A stretch of 64,000 bases of DNA from the NCBI GenBank assembly GCA_964016885.1, contig OZ024740.1:187178001-187242000 (forward strand), given 5' to 3'. The DNA comes from Eledone cirrhosa. Lineage: Eukaryota. This document shows, one piece after another, positions 29,705 through 45,759 of this stretch. Each line of letters begins with the position of its first letter. The first letter of the stretch is position 1. Both the position numbers and the translations under genes were made by a program. Below the pieces are notes generated by a model. That model worked only from the letters and a program-made list of their open reading frames with translations. It was not told where the DNA came from and did no database searches.

Positions 29705-29759
29705 ACTGCCTGAAGAGGTCACAACCAAAGATGGCTGTCACCGAAATATATATAGCAGT
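29705..29759 (+). ncRNA. Minimal type I hammerhead motif (PLE pLTR type)
   Basis: actgc-CTGAAGA-ggtcacaacca aaga tggctgtcacc-GAAA-tatata-TA-gcagt; self-complementary stem III; aataaa follows. Confidence 0.75.
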
Positions 29760-29901
29760 AATAAACGAAGCTAAATTTTAAACATTTGACTTTTATTTTA
29801 CTTTATTTTACATTACTCCGGAGTAACCAAACCAACCTGCGCACTTCATCGAGTGCTCCAGCCTGCATACTAAGGTGTTGGTATACAACCAACATATACT
29901 C

Positions 29902-29989
<88 letters not shown>

Positions 29990-29991
<2 letters not shown>

Positions 29992-30356
29992 AGTAGGCAC
30001 CTCTTAACAAAAATACACCTCCGTCCCATTACCCCCACCCCATCCACACCACCCCTTTCGATGTAAAATTATGTTGGTAACACAACATCCAGTCCGAAAT
30101 AAATGAGGTCGTGTAGGTGTCACAACAAAAAAACACACAGTCCACGCTGTAATGTGGCCGTGTAGGTAACACAGTAAAAACCTCCCAGTCCACACTGTAA
30201 ACGTGGTTGGTGTTAGGAAGGGCATCCAGTCGTAGAAAAACCCGCCAGACAGTACTATATGAGCAAGACAACCAATCTTGGCTCAAGTGGGAAAATTCCC
30301 GTCCAAACCCATGCGAGCGTGGAAGATGGACGTTCAACGATGATGATGATGATGAT
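29990..30356 (+). mobile_element. RTE 3' UTR-only copy with (GAT)n tail
   Basis: Matches 57983-58354. Confidence 0.85.
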
Positions 30357-30841
30357 ATTAGTTTTAATATAGATGAGATTCTACAGGACTAGAACTGTTT
30401 CATTCTTTAGAAATCAAACATACATACATACATACATACATATCCAGGGAGTGCAACGCAAAGTTACTGTAGTTTCACCCGGGTGAATGTATACATGAAT
30501 AAATAAATTAAATAAAAATTGTGTAGAATTTAAAATACAATGGGAGGAAACATAATAGTACCACTGATTATGTCCCAGATGTATAACGAAAGAACTTTGA
30601 TAAAAATATATATCTACATATATATATATATTTTTATCTGTATTTTAACCGTTGGTCAATCAATGATAAACATTGTTTGCCAAATAAATTAACTATGGAG
30701 ATATAAAAGATACAGAAGCGAAAAACAAACGGAACCAAACAGTGAATTTGTTCTGTTATTATTTATGACAATATTATAACAATATGACCATCCCCAAGTA
30801 TAACAATATATATACATAGATGTATATATATTTTTTACATA

Positions 30842-30913
<72 letters not shown>

Positions 30914-30919
30914 ATATTC

Positions 30920-31210
30920 CCCCACACCCTCCCACTGAAAAGTGGTTGTGGAGGTGCCACAGCAAAAAAGCACCCAGCCCACACTGTAAAGTTGACGTGT
31001 AGGCACCACGCAAAAAAGCACCCAGCACTCACTGTAAATGAGGTTGGTGTTAGGAAGGGCATCCAGCTGTAGAAATCAAGCCAAAATCAGTTCCCATGTG
31101 AGCAAGACAACGTAAGCCGACCAGACACTGCCCACAACAGGACAACCCGTCTAACCCATGCTAGCGTGGAAGAACGGACGTAAAACGCTGATGATGATGA
31201 TGATGATGAT
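30920..31210 (+). mobile_element. 3' end of a related RTE/SINE-tail family with (GAT)n tail
   Basis: aaaagcacccagcactcactgtaaatgaggttggtgttaggaagggcatcc, as at 6095-6150. Confidence 0.75.
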
Positions 31211-31280
31211 ATATATATATATAGATATATACATATATATATAATATATAAGAACAAAAGATGGTTAAAAGAGTTCCATG

Positions 31281-31351
31281 TATTTTATTATGCGCATTTC
31301 AAAAACAAATATCATCATGCAATAATATTTGTGTTTTCATCAGATAAAATA
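31281..31351 (-). ncRNA. Hammerhead motif (mirror copy)
   Basis: Reverse complement of 31470-31540. Confidence 0.75.
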
Positions 31352-31469
31352 GGAAGACATGATATGAAGGTTAAAAAACACTTGTGGATAGAGCAGTTTT
31401 AAATCAACATATGTTGATTTAAAACTGCACTATCCACAAGTGTTTTTTAACCTTCATATCATGTCTTCC

Positions 31470-31540
31470 TATTTTATCTGATGAAAACACAAATATTATT
31501 GCATGATGATATTTGTTTTTGAAATGCGCATAATAAAATA
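31470..31540 (+). ncRNA. Type I hammerhead motif
   Basis: tattttat-CTGATGA-16-bp stem II (gcat loop)-GAAA-tgcgca-TA-ataaaata. Confidence 0.75.
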
Positions 31541-31714
31541 CATGGAACTCTTTTAACCATCTTTTGTTCTTATATATTATGTATACTCCAGTCCTACAAA
31601 CTGTAGAGTGCTTCTTATCCGATATCTGCATTGCTTTATTGTACTACAATAAAACTCACCTCCTTTATATATACATATATAGATAGATAGATATAAACAT
31701 ATATATATATATAC

Positions 31715-31749
<35 letters not shown>

Positions 31750-32053
31750 AGTATGTATACGTACATACATATATGTATACAGACGTACAGTAGTATGTAT
31801 ATATATATATATATACATGCACACATATATATATGTACGTATGGATTCACCGAACATTTATTATAATGCTCGGTGTGTTTGTAAACAAACATCCCGTATT
31901 AAGCCGTAGTGTCTAGCAACCATCGTTGCTCGTTTGTTCAACACTGACAAAGGAACCCTGTACTAGTTTCAAACTTATTAGCTATCGTCAGCAACTACGG
32001 CTTCTTCCTCATAATCGTCTCTTTCTCCCTGTTTTCATATATACTGTATATAT

Positions 32054-35000
32054 ATAAGAAAAAGGGATATTCTATTCGTTGGTAATTCAACAAATATAAA
32101 TGTTTATAACTGATTCAAAGCACTAAACAAGCTTTGTGGAGTATAATATTCAATGATATTAAATAAATAGAAACTATATTTATAAAACCATATTTATTCT
32201 ATTATATATATTTCAAGGGTACCAAAACTTTGGTACGTTCTCATTAGATAAAATACAAAGTTTGTTTTATAAATATTGACATAACCAGGAAAGATTAACT
32301 TAACGGTTCAAGTTTTTCCTGGATAGTGAAGGAAATAAGGGAAAGAGAAGAAAAGTAAAATATTTCAAATTATTAAGATGAGTATGCAAATGAGTTTGAG
32401 GTATAGGGCTGACAAAAACGTTATTTTTAGACGCTATGTAGATTTAAATAATTAGGATATATGTATGTGTAGTAAGAAGAAAAAGAAAGAAAGAAGAGCT
32501 TGTATTTACGTTAATTTAAAAAGAATTAACAATTTGTAGGAATGGTGGGATATGATCCCACAATCTTATTACATTACAACAGGTTGTAAGTATATAAATA
32601 TCTATATAGATTAATAATTGTGCATGTATAAATATTATTGGTGATTTTATAAAAATAGAAATAAAACACAATTATTAGTTATTTACATTTCTCATATAAG
32701 TTACGAAGGTGTTGATTTTGCATTTACATTAAAAAAACACGTAGTTCAAGTTGTAAGAGGAGAACAATTTGTAGATTCAAATATTTTGTTTCAACATTGA
32801 AAATGTTTCCAGTATATTGTTAATTTAGCGAAGTTATATAGTTTATCATACATATAATGTTTATGTTTGCTCAATTGAAAAGGAAAAGATAACTCCAATC
32901 TTGTTTGCTCACCATTAAATTTGAGGAATGATTTTACTCAGAAAATATATAGAGAAAATTATATATTATTTTGTGTGAGATAATTTTTTTCAAGGATGAG
33001 AGTTTCAATTATATATTTTATTAGTCGAAAGATGTGTGAAAGTTTGAAGATCAAAGAAGAGGGGAAAAGTATTGTGCATTTCGAAGAACTATCGCAAACA
33101 GGATAACATTCAGAATGTCAGTTAAAGATTATCAATCTACATCTAAAAAGACAGATTTAGAGGAGTATCATTTAGAAAATAATGTCAAATGGTAAAAATA
33201 TTAAAATTAAGAAGGAAGATCATTTTTAAAGAAATACTCAGTAAATAATTGTTTCTACTTTAGGCACAAGGCCACCAATTACCCAGTGCATTACTGGTAC
33301 TTTATTTTATCGACCCCGTAAGGATGAAAGGCAAAGTCAACCTCGGCGGGATTTGAACTCAGATCGTAAAGGGACGTAACTATGCTGGAAAGCATGGCGT
33401 CCGACCCTCTACCGATACTGCCAATCCACTGCCATAAATACTCAGTAAATAATAGGATCATTTTAAATGTGTATAAGATATAGTCAAGTGTAATGAATAT
33501 CATAAATTAAAAATACTTCTGAAAGTGGAATTTTAGGGATGTCTGCAACTAGAAAATAATTCTGTTTTAAGATTAATAGAATTTTGACAATTATATAAAA
33601 ACATTTCTATAAAAATTTGACAGTTATATAAAAAAGTGACAGAATCTTGAGAAAGCCATATTTCCGTATGCAGGTGCGTTCGAAATCGTTCTCCAAGATA
33701 TTGAATAGTCTATATTGTTGTCTTTTAAATTCCAAATTAAATGTGGAAGTGAAATGGAAGATTTTTTTATCGGACCTATTAAATATATGTTTATGGTTGT
33801 ACCAGCGTTCTTTGAATTTTGTAGGAGTGGCACCAATATAATTAAATAGTTTGTCTCTAGTTTTAACTGTGCATTTATAAATTACGTTTTTGTCTAAGCA
33901 ATTATTTTGTAAAGGGCAGTTTGATTTAATTCTACAGTTACATTTTCTGGAGTTGTTGTTATTAGGAACGCTACTATTATTATGAATATTGTTGTTAGAA
34001 ATATTATTATTGCTATCTTGGTTTGTTTGGTTAGGGTTTAAATTTAAGTTTCTATTATTAATTCTATTTATATTTTGTGCTGTATTCATAGTAGTAGAGT
34101 AGGATAGTTTTATAGTGTGTCTGTTAAAAATAGATCGGTATCTGTGGGCTTTAGGGAAACACTTATCTAGTGCTTAAAAAAATAGCTTTGCTAAAGGTGT
34201 CTTAACGCCTAATGAGAATGGGGGAGATTACCAAATAATATTTCTAGTTCTAGTTTTTTTGTTTGGTTTAATATTTAAGTTGAATTGTTTCTTGTTATTA
34301 TAATGAATTCTAGGATGATTTGTCATGTTATTGTTATCTATGTATTTAATTTTATTCGAGTATCCTGCTCTATGTAAAGCCTCATTGTAATATTCTGTCT
34401 TATCATGAAGAATATTTTTATTAGCAGTGATGCGTCCATTGCTGGACGCTATTGGCAGTAGTGTTTTTTTTATATTTCTAGGTTGATTAGAATTGAAACT
34501 TACGTAATTTAGATTTTCGTTAATTTTATGAGCTAAGGTTTAAGGTTACATCTAAGAAGTTAACGATTTTTCAATTATTCTCGATTTCTAAATTAAGGTT
34601 GTAGTTGTTGAAAAATTGTATTATGGATTTCTTTTTCCTATTAATTTCACTATTACTATGGTTTTTAATTAAAAGTAACATATCGTCGCGATATAAATCT
34701 CCGGTCATCTCTGGCATTTTTCTATGCAGTACATTATTAATAAATAATCCAACGAAGTCCATTACTTGCGCCGAGTCAGATGATCCCATAGTGATATGAA
34801 AATTGTTTTTTCTGTCGGCTCTTGTCCAGAGATGATTATTAAATTATATTAGAGTTTTACATGCTGTTAGAATTATATTCATTTCTTCACTAGATAGGTC
34901 AGTATGTTTAGAAGCATTGATAAGTGCCTTATTAAGTAAGCTAGGGGTAATAGAGGAGTAGTAAATTGCAATATCCATTTGAATGAATTTTTTCTTATGT

Positions 35001-35999
35001 TTTAATTTTATGTTATTAAACCAATCTATAACTTCATTAGTACCGTTTCATAGTTTAAAGTGTGATTTTTCTTTAAGTAGTGGTATAATTCTACCTAGTG
35101 TATGCCTGCTAATTATGCTTAAGTCAGATTTAGATGGTGCGATGAGTCTGACTGGTAGTTCAATTTCAAAATCTTTTGTGGTCCTTCAAGTTAATCTTCG
35201 GTTTTTTAGGCATAAAGGATTCAGTCCTACTTTGAATGCCTAATTTATAAATAATTTCCGAAGCTTCCTATTTAAGGTTGAAAGATCTTCATTTGATGTC
35301 ATTTTGTAGTTATTCCTGAGTTCTTTCAGTATAAAGTTATTATATTCGTCCTTTTCCATACCATATAAATTATTTGTTTTGTCAGATTTTACCAGGATCT
35401 TCTTTGTTTTTTCTAGATTGTCTATTTTATTCTTGGGGCCTTTAAGGTACTCCTGGCCGATATATTGGTTTCTTTTAAATTTAGTGTTTTGTATAATAGA
35501 GATTACTTCATTTTCAAATTCAACTAGTAGTTTGTTGCTGGGTGGATTCTTCTTAGATTGAGAGGCTAGGATCAAAGTTGTAACAGGATTTATTTATTTT
35601 GTCTTCCGAATTTTAATCAAAATGGAAAGCACGTCATCTAAATATTTGTATAAAGGAATCAGATTTTTGTATGAGTTGTTTTAGATATTCCTTATTTTTA
35701 GGTAATGGTACATCATTTAGAGAAGAAGAAATCCTAAAGAATTCCATTATTTTTTGCAATCAGTTATAGTTTAAAGTGCTCAACATTAAAGGAGCTATTT
35801 ATAAGCAAAGGGGATATTCTATTTGTTGGTAATTCAACAAATATAAATGTTTATAACTGATTCAAAGCACTCAACCAGTTTTCTGGAGCATAATATTAAA
35901 TGTTATTAAATCTATAGAAAACTATATTTCTAAAACCATATTTATTCTATTATATATATTCAAGGGTGCCAAAACTTTGATACGCTCTCATCATATAAT
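32054..35999 (-). mobile_element. Essentially full-length decayed Penelope-like element flanked by ~200-bp direct pLTRs (32054-32254, 35801-35999); Hydra-clade-like
   Basis: ORF ~35747 to ~33520 with stops and frameshifts: ITMGSSDSA, LYRDD, CNCRIKSNCPL, VIY..YIG (GIY-YIG), KTELFSSCRH; each pLTR has a mutated HHR. Confidence 0.85.
33250..33435 (-). mobile_element. Full-length Meta-domain tRNA SINE with ~18-bp TSD, inserted in the PLE 3' region
   Basis: TSD aaatactcagtaaataat at 33232-33249 and 33436-33453; A-box tggcagtatcgg, B-box gagttcaaatcc. Confidence 0.9.
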
Positions 36000-38281
<2,282 letters not shown>

Positions 38282-38524
38282 TTTTAAGTTTAAACCTAAT
38301 TCTGCTTAGTTGACTGTATCTAGGTGATTACGTTGTCGAAATATTCGATAAATATTCCACTACGGCCGACGCGAAGCGCTAGTTTGGGTTATTTGTTGGA
38401 GATTCCTTCATAGAAGCCTCATTCGTATAGCCTGGTCTATTCGATTTTTTATATAGTTAATTATGCTAATTGGGAGAGGAAATAGTATATATTTTATCTT
38501 GTGATTCTATAGACATGTTTTATG

Positions 38525-39461
<937 letters not shown>

Positions 39462-40071
39462 AAAGAAAAAGGGATGAAATCGAAAATGCAACTGAAGTCT
39501 TATTTTTTTTAAAATATATATATTTATTTGGTTCCTTTACCGGTTTCGCAGTTCTTCTGCTTTTCAAAAGGTGAGTTGAGATGGAGGGTCTGTGGTTTTT
39601 CTCACACCCTGGTTGGTCTCTAAATGTTACTTGTTTTATATGGAAAAAGTGGCTCGAAAAACCAGGTTTTTCGAGAAGTAATTTTATTGGTTTGTCAATA
39701 ATTATAATAAATTTCGCGCCAGTTCGCTTTACAATAGTTCTTCAAATAAGAGAGGGGGGGTTTGTCACAGGTTGTTTTTTTCATATATGAGTGTTTGAAT
39801 TTCTTTTTACTTGAAAAAATGAGGCTCACGAAGGCTTTTTTTTGGTTGGTTATAAATGAAATTTGGCTCTCACGTGAACAAGTTTTCATTACATTTTTGC
39901 GCCCTTATTTGGAAAACTATTCTGTAGTCTTTATAGAGAATGTTATGACAATGGAGAGATAGTGGTCAAGGGAAAAGGGATTGGGAGAAATGTTCTCGTT
40001 CAGTGAATATGGCCAGCTGTCAGAGTTCAGATTTTCTATTGAGACTGAAGATATGTGTTTATTTGTGTGCT

Positions 40072-40104
<33 letters not shown>

Positions 40105-42142
40105 ATGTGTGTATTGGAAGATGATTCTATTAGTAGAGATGGGGGAGGGAGTTGTGTATGTGTGTATATGGGTGTTATGTGTGTGTGTGCGAGTATGTTA
40201 GATAGAGAGAATATATATTTTTTTTGTGTGTGTATATATATATGTGTGTAGGAAAGTGGTTCTGTTAGTAGAAATGGGGAGGGTGTTGTAGGTGTGGGGG
40301 TTTTTATGTGTGTGTATGGGTGTTATGTGTGTGGGAGTATGGTTAGCATGTTAAGATGAAGAGAATATATATATATATATATATTGTGTGTGTGTATGTG
40401 TGTGTGTAGGAAAATGATTCCTTTAGTAGGAATATTTTTGAATGAACATATTTTCCTGACTTTTTCGTGTTTGCTGTTGTATTGCCAGTTTAAGGTTTAT
40501 TTAGTTCGGGTTTTTATTTTCTAAAGTAGGTGTTATGTGTGTGTATGTCATATTGTGGTGTTGACATAATGTATATTAAACCTTATTTAATGTTGGTCTA
40601 TATTTTTGAATAAACATATTTTCCTTATTTATTCGCATTTGTTCTGTTGTATTGTTAGCGCAAAGGTAAAATGGGAAGACTTGGAATTTGGGTGTCTTAT
40701 TACTTGCGCAAATGTCTAGATGTGCACTTAGTGGTATTTGTCTCGTGGTTGGATCTCGTAATTGTTGGCGATGAACTGTCATTCTGTTTCTGAGTGTGAG
40801 TTTAGTTTTTCCTATATAATCTTCATTGCATCCTTTACATTTAATGGCATAAATTAGATTTTTTGATGAGCAAGTGAAGTGATTTTTTACAGTAAAATTT
40901 TGTCCAGATTTAAATGTATACGTGTTGCCTTCAATGAGGTGAGTGCAGGTTCCACAATTAGAGCGACCACATTTTTTGATACTTGGTTGTGGGTTTGTGG
41001 TAGGTAATTTGGCATTGGTGAGTAATGTTTTCAGTGATTTTGGTTGTCTTTTGCTTTTGATTATTTTGTGTGTTTCAAGGGCTTTTTTCATTCTTGGGTT
41101 TTGTTTTAGTAGTGGGATGTTATTGTGAATAGTGTTGTAAGCTTCCGCATTTCTTGGGTTGTGTGTTGAGATATATGATAGAATATTGGACGTACCTTGA
41201 ATTTGTTTCTGTTTCCGTAATTCATCAATGCCTATTGCTTTAGCCCTTTCTATTCCATTATTTATTAGTAATAGTGGGTACTCTCTCTCAAGTAGAATTT
41301 CCTTTAATTCTTGAAGTCTTTTATTTCGCGTTTCATAATTGGAGACAATTGTGCAAATTCTTCTTGCTAGGTTAAAAGGAATGTTCGTCTTCGTGTGCTT
41401 TGGATGGTTGGAGGTGAATAGCAGATATTGTTTGGAATCTGTTGGTTTGTAGTGTATGTCAGTTTCGATATTTGTGTTTTTTTTGTGATTAAGATGTCCA
41501 GAAATGGGAGTTGATATTGGCTGTATTCCATTGTGAATTGGATGTGGTTATTGATGCCGTTTATTAAGTTTTTGAAATCCTTCAGTTGGTCGAGTGTGTG
41601 GGACCAAAGAATGAGGCAATCATCCAAGTAGCGTTTCCAATTCTCTGATAAATATTTGTGGAAGTTCAATCCGTATTTTGATTTGGACTGTTCATATATC
41701 TGGACTTCTAAGTATGCCATGACTAAGTTGGCATAAGTTGGAGCGGCTTTTGTGCCCATCGCAGTCCCCGATATTTGCTTGTAAGTATTGCCATCGAAAT
41801 CAAAAAAGTTGTTCTGTAGGATGAATTTTAATCCCTCGGTGATGAAGCTTTTTTCTATTCTGTCAGGTATCTCATTGGGATATTTCTCTAGCCAGAATCC
41901 TATTGCTTCTAGTCCGTATTGGTGTGGGATCGTTGTGTAGAGATTCACTACATCGAAAGACACAATAATAGTGTCGTTGTTGACATGTTTGGGGAGGTGG
42001 TTTAAGAGGTCCAGATCGTCTCTTACAAGGCTTGGTATGTGTTTCAGTATTGGTTTCAGTAGTATGTCTATAAAGTTGCTCAATCTGTGTGTTTCACATT
42101 GTGGGCCCGCTACAATTGGTCTTAATTTAAGGTCTGTGGGGT
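39462..42142 (-). mobile_element. Penelope-like element (Neptune-like), 5'-truncated: RT plus GIY-YIG, long 3' UTR and pLTR
   Basis: LRPIVAG, SFDVVNLYT, GTAMGT, RYLDD, CGRSNCGTC linker, LIY..YIG; a single frameshift at the T-run 41477-41484 joins ORFs 41367-42083 and 40576-41091. Confidence 0.92.
39534..39571 (-). ncRNA. Minimal hammerhead with U3-A8 core
   Basis: cctt-TTGAAAA-gcag aagaa ctgc-GAAA-ccgg-TA-aagg. Confidence 0.65.
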
Positions 42143-44004
42143 ATTCTTTTACTCTTTTACTCTTTTACCTGTTTCAGCCATCCGGCTGAGGCCATGCTGG
42201 GGCACCGCCCTTGTTGCTACACATTTTATCTCCAACCTGTATAGGTTGGCCACTGGTGTAGGAGGGAGTTTGTTGCTGCTGCCCTTAGGTTTCCCTCGTG
42301 TCTTGCTGTGGGCTCATCCGGGATCCTGGATAACAAGGTGTCGAGATGTTTCTTAAAGACATCCACCTCCACGTCATGCAAGTCTCGCAGATGCCTCGGA
42401 AGCCTGTTGAAGAGTTGAGGGCCCTTGAATCCCAGGCTATTGCAATACCTGCTCCTTATTCTAGATGTGGAAGACGGGACCTTTGGCACCACACAGTGAC
42501 GTCCTGTTCGACGGTTGGTCCAGCTCCCAATGCCAAAGTTTGGTGCTAGTCCCTCCAGGATTTTCCACATGTAGATCACTGCGTATCTCTCCCGTCTTCG
42601 CTCCAAGGAGTAGAGGTTCAGTTCCTTCAGCCTCTCCCAGTAGCTTGTCTCCCTCATCTTGGCAATCCTCTTGGTGTAGCTTCGCTGGATTGCCTCAAGC
42701 TCTGTGGTTAGTTTGACACGATGGGGTGACCACAGCTGGGAGCAGTAGTCCAGGCGGCTTAGGACAAAAGTCCTCCACAGTGTCAACATGGTGTCTCGAT
42801 CTCTTGTAAGGAATGTCCTCAAGATCCAGCCAGCGAATCGTCTACATGCTGTCACCACCTTCATGATGTGTGAAGAAAAAGATGCATCATCGCTCATGTC
42901 TATGCCCAGGTCTCGTATCGATTTTGACACGGGGATATCGGTCCCTCCTGGTCCTGTGTAGCTGTGTTCCGCTATATTTGTGTTTGTGTTTGCAGGTTTG
43001 TATTGTAGGGCTTGGAATTTGCCAGCATTAAACTGCATGTTGTTTTCTTCCGCCCATCTGTATATGGCATCCAGATCCTGCTGTAAGAGGGCAGCGTCAG
43101 CCGGGTTTTTGATTGCCTGTGCTACCTTAGTGTCATCAGCATAGCTAGTGAGGGATGTTGTTGCATGCACCACAGAGGGCATGTCCGAGAGAGCCACCAA
43201 AAACAGTAGTGGTCCCAGGACTGTCCCCTGAGGCACCCCACTTGTTATCGCTGTTTCCCTCGAGAGGGCCCCATTTGCTGCGACTGCCTGGCTTCTGTCC
43301 CTTAGGAAGCCATGCAGCCACTCACCTACTTTTCCAGTTATGCCGAGTCCGTGTAGTTTGTGACATATCATTCCGTGGTCGACCTTGTCAAAGGCCTTCG
43401 CAAAGTCAAGATATATCACGTCTACATGTGAGCTGTCTAGTAGTTGTCTCAGTACCCAGTCGTAGTGATGTAGCAGCTGTGTAAGGCAGCTTCTTCCTGG
43501 GCGGAAGCCATGTTGCGTGCTAGTCAGGCGGTCATTTTCTTCGAGGAAAGTGATTAGTTTCTTTCTGACGACTCGCTCCATGACCTTACTGATATGCGAC
43601 GTCAGGGAGACTGGCCTATAGTTCTTGGCCTCCGCTCTACTACCTCCTTTATGGATAGGGCATATTGTGCCTTCTTTAAGCTCCCTGGGTAGTACACCGC
43701 TAGCCAAGGAGCTTCTGAAGAGCATCTTCAGTGGAGTTGCTAAGGCCTGCTTACATATTTTTAGGAGAACTGCTGGGAATCTATCAGGTCCAGCAGCCGA
43801 GTCTGTTTTAATTTCATCAATGGGGTACACCACATCCTCCTCCGTTATGTCTATGTGGTTGATGGTTGCCATTTCTTGATGTAGTGTTGTGGCATCAAAG
43901 AACTCCTCTGGCTTCGTTATTTGCATGTGCCTCAGTGGACATGTGAAGACACTTTTGTACTGTTCGTTCAGTATTTCACATATCTCTTGGGGATTTGCGA
44001 TTTT
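42143..44004 (-). mobile_element. Young 5'-truncated CR1-group LINE with 3' stem-loop and (GTAAAAGA)n tail
   Basis: Open RT ORF; 3' ggcggtgccccagcatggcctcagccggatggctgaaacaggtaaaagagtaaaagagtaaaaga. Confidence 0.92.
42226..43926 (-). CDS. Non-LTR reverse transcriptase ORF (566 aa, lacks the endonuclease)
   Basis: [47 protein letters not shown]. Confidence 0.9.
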   Translation of the reverse strand: MQITKPEEFFDATTLHQEMATINHIDITEEDVVYPIDEIKTDSAAGPDRFPAVLLKICKQALATPLKMLFRSSLASGVLPRELKEGTICPIHKGGSRAEAKNYRPVSLTSHISKVMERVVRKKLITFLEENDRLTSTQHGFRPGRSCLTQLLHHYDWVLRQLLDSSHVDVIYLDFAKAFDKVDHGMICHKLHGLGITGKVGEWLHGFLRDRSQAVAANGALSRETAITSGVPQGTVLGPLLFLVALSDMPSVVHATTSLTSYADDTKVAQAIKNPADAALLQQDLDAIYRWAEENNMQFNAGKFQALQYKPANTNTNIAEHSYTGPGGTDIPVSKSIRDLGIDMSDDASFSSHIMKVVTACRRFAGWILRTFLTRDRDTMLTLWRTFVLSRLDYCSQLWSPHRVKLTTELEAIQRSYTKRIAKMRETSYWERLKELNLYSLERRRERYAVIYMWKILEGLAPNFGIGSWTNRRTGRHCVVPKVPSSTSRIRSRYCNSLGFKGPQLFNRLPRHLRDLHDVEVDVFKKHLDTLLSRIPDEPTARHEGNLRAAATNSLLHQWPTYTGWR

Positions 44005-44439
<435 letters not shown>

Positions 44440-44575
44440 TAGTATTAATTGTACTATTTATGGTTATGAAAATACAAAAGACTTTAGCAGTTATATGTAT
44501 TTTTTATACAAACCCTAAATAGTGGTAGGCAGTAATGTATTACAAGCTTATTACCAGTAAGTTTAGTAGCTCAAT

Positions 44576-44610
<35 letters not shown>

Positions 44611-44993
44611 AGTTATATATTAATATATATGATAAACACAAAACGTGTTTGTATTGTAACAGACAAAGTTAGCTAGCATGAAATAAACTAATTAAAGTGA
44701 ATACAATTTGTCTCTCTCGATATAAGTCAATAAAGACAAGCTTATATTGGCAAAAGCCGTGATTCCTGGACAAATTTAAATTTCAAAATCCAAACCCGCT
44801 CCGTAGATGAATTTGAACTTGGAAACGCAAATATGTTTCGCAACAATGGTACATGAATTGAAAAATAAAGAGAATCGAATTGTATACATATATATATGTA
44901 TACATATATATATATATATACATATATATACACATATATATATATATATATATACATATATATACACATATACATATATATATACATATATAT

Positions 44994-45041
<48 letters not shown>

Positions 45042-45759
45042 TTAGGTTTGTTGGTTCACCACTGGATAGAACTGTTCATTCCGTATAGTCAACCTTAATG
45101 TAATATTAGGGAGCGCACTCAACGTAATACAACTCACCCGACTTTGTTTGTGTTGTTGGTGGTGCGAGTACGGAGTTAATTATTTTCAGGCACAATATTC
45201 ATGAGTACATCAATATTTTTCAACTGCAGAATAACATAACAAATATATACCAAGAGGTTTTTTTTTAAGGTTACCCACAGCTCTCTTCCAAACACATGTC
45301 CTGTCCAATAATACATTACAAGTTTAGTGCTGGCATCAATATTTAGGGTCGTAGACTGCATCAATGAGAAACTTTTGATATTAAAACAAAAATTTCAGAA
45401 TCACTTTTATATTCACTTTTCTATGCTAGCATGGGTTGAGTGACACTTTCTGAGGTAGTTCTTCTATGGTCTATGGCCAGATACTCTGCTTAGCCCCAAC
45501 CCATACATTATGTTTTAATGAAACTGTTGGATATAAACAAACATCACCATTTGTTATAAACGGTGTTGATATCAAGATGCATAACAATTGTAGTTACTAC
45601 GAAGATAGTCATATGTGAGATATACATGAGTATAGAGAGTGTAGTACTGCAATTTGTTTCCTCCATATGTTAATTATGTTTTGGTGCTGTTAAAGAAGTT
45701 TTCAATATGAAAATGTTATTGAAGTTTCAGTTCATAAAAACAGTATGATTCTGGCATAT

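Larger units (their letters stand above)
31241..31580. repeat. 340-bp palindrome, no spacer (centre 31410/31411), one mismatch seen
   Basis: aaatcaacat|atgttgattt centre; agaacaaaag mirrored by cttttgttct. Confidence 0.95.

Noticed and set aside
42165-42212. Hairpin plus GAAAC at CR1 3' ends resembling half a hammerhead (also 17581-17607)
   Set aside because: No CUGANGA upstream; better explained as the LINE 3' recognition stem-loop
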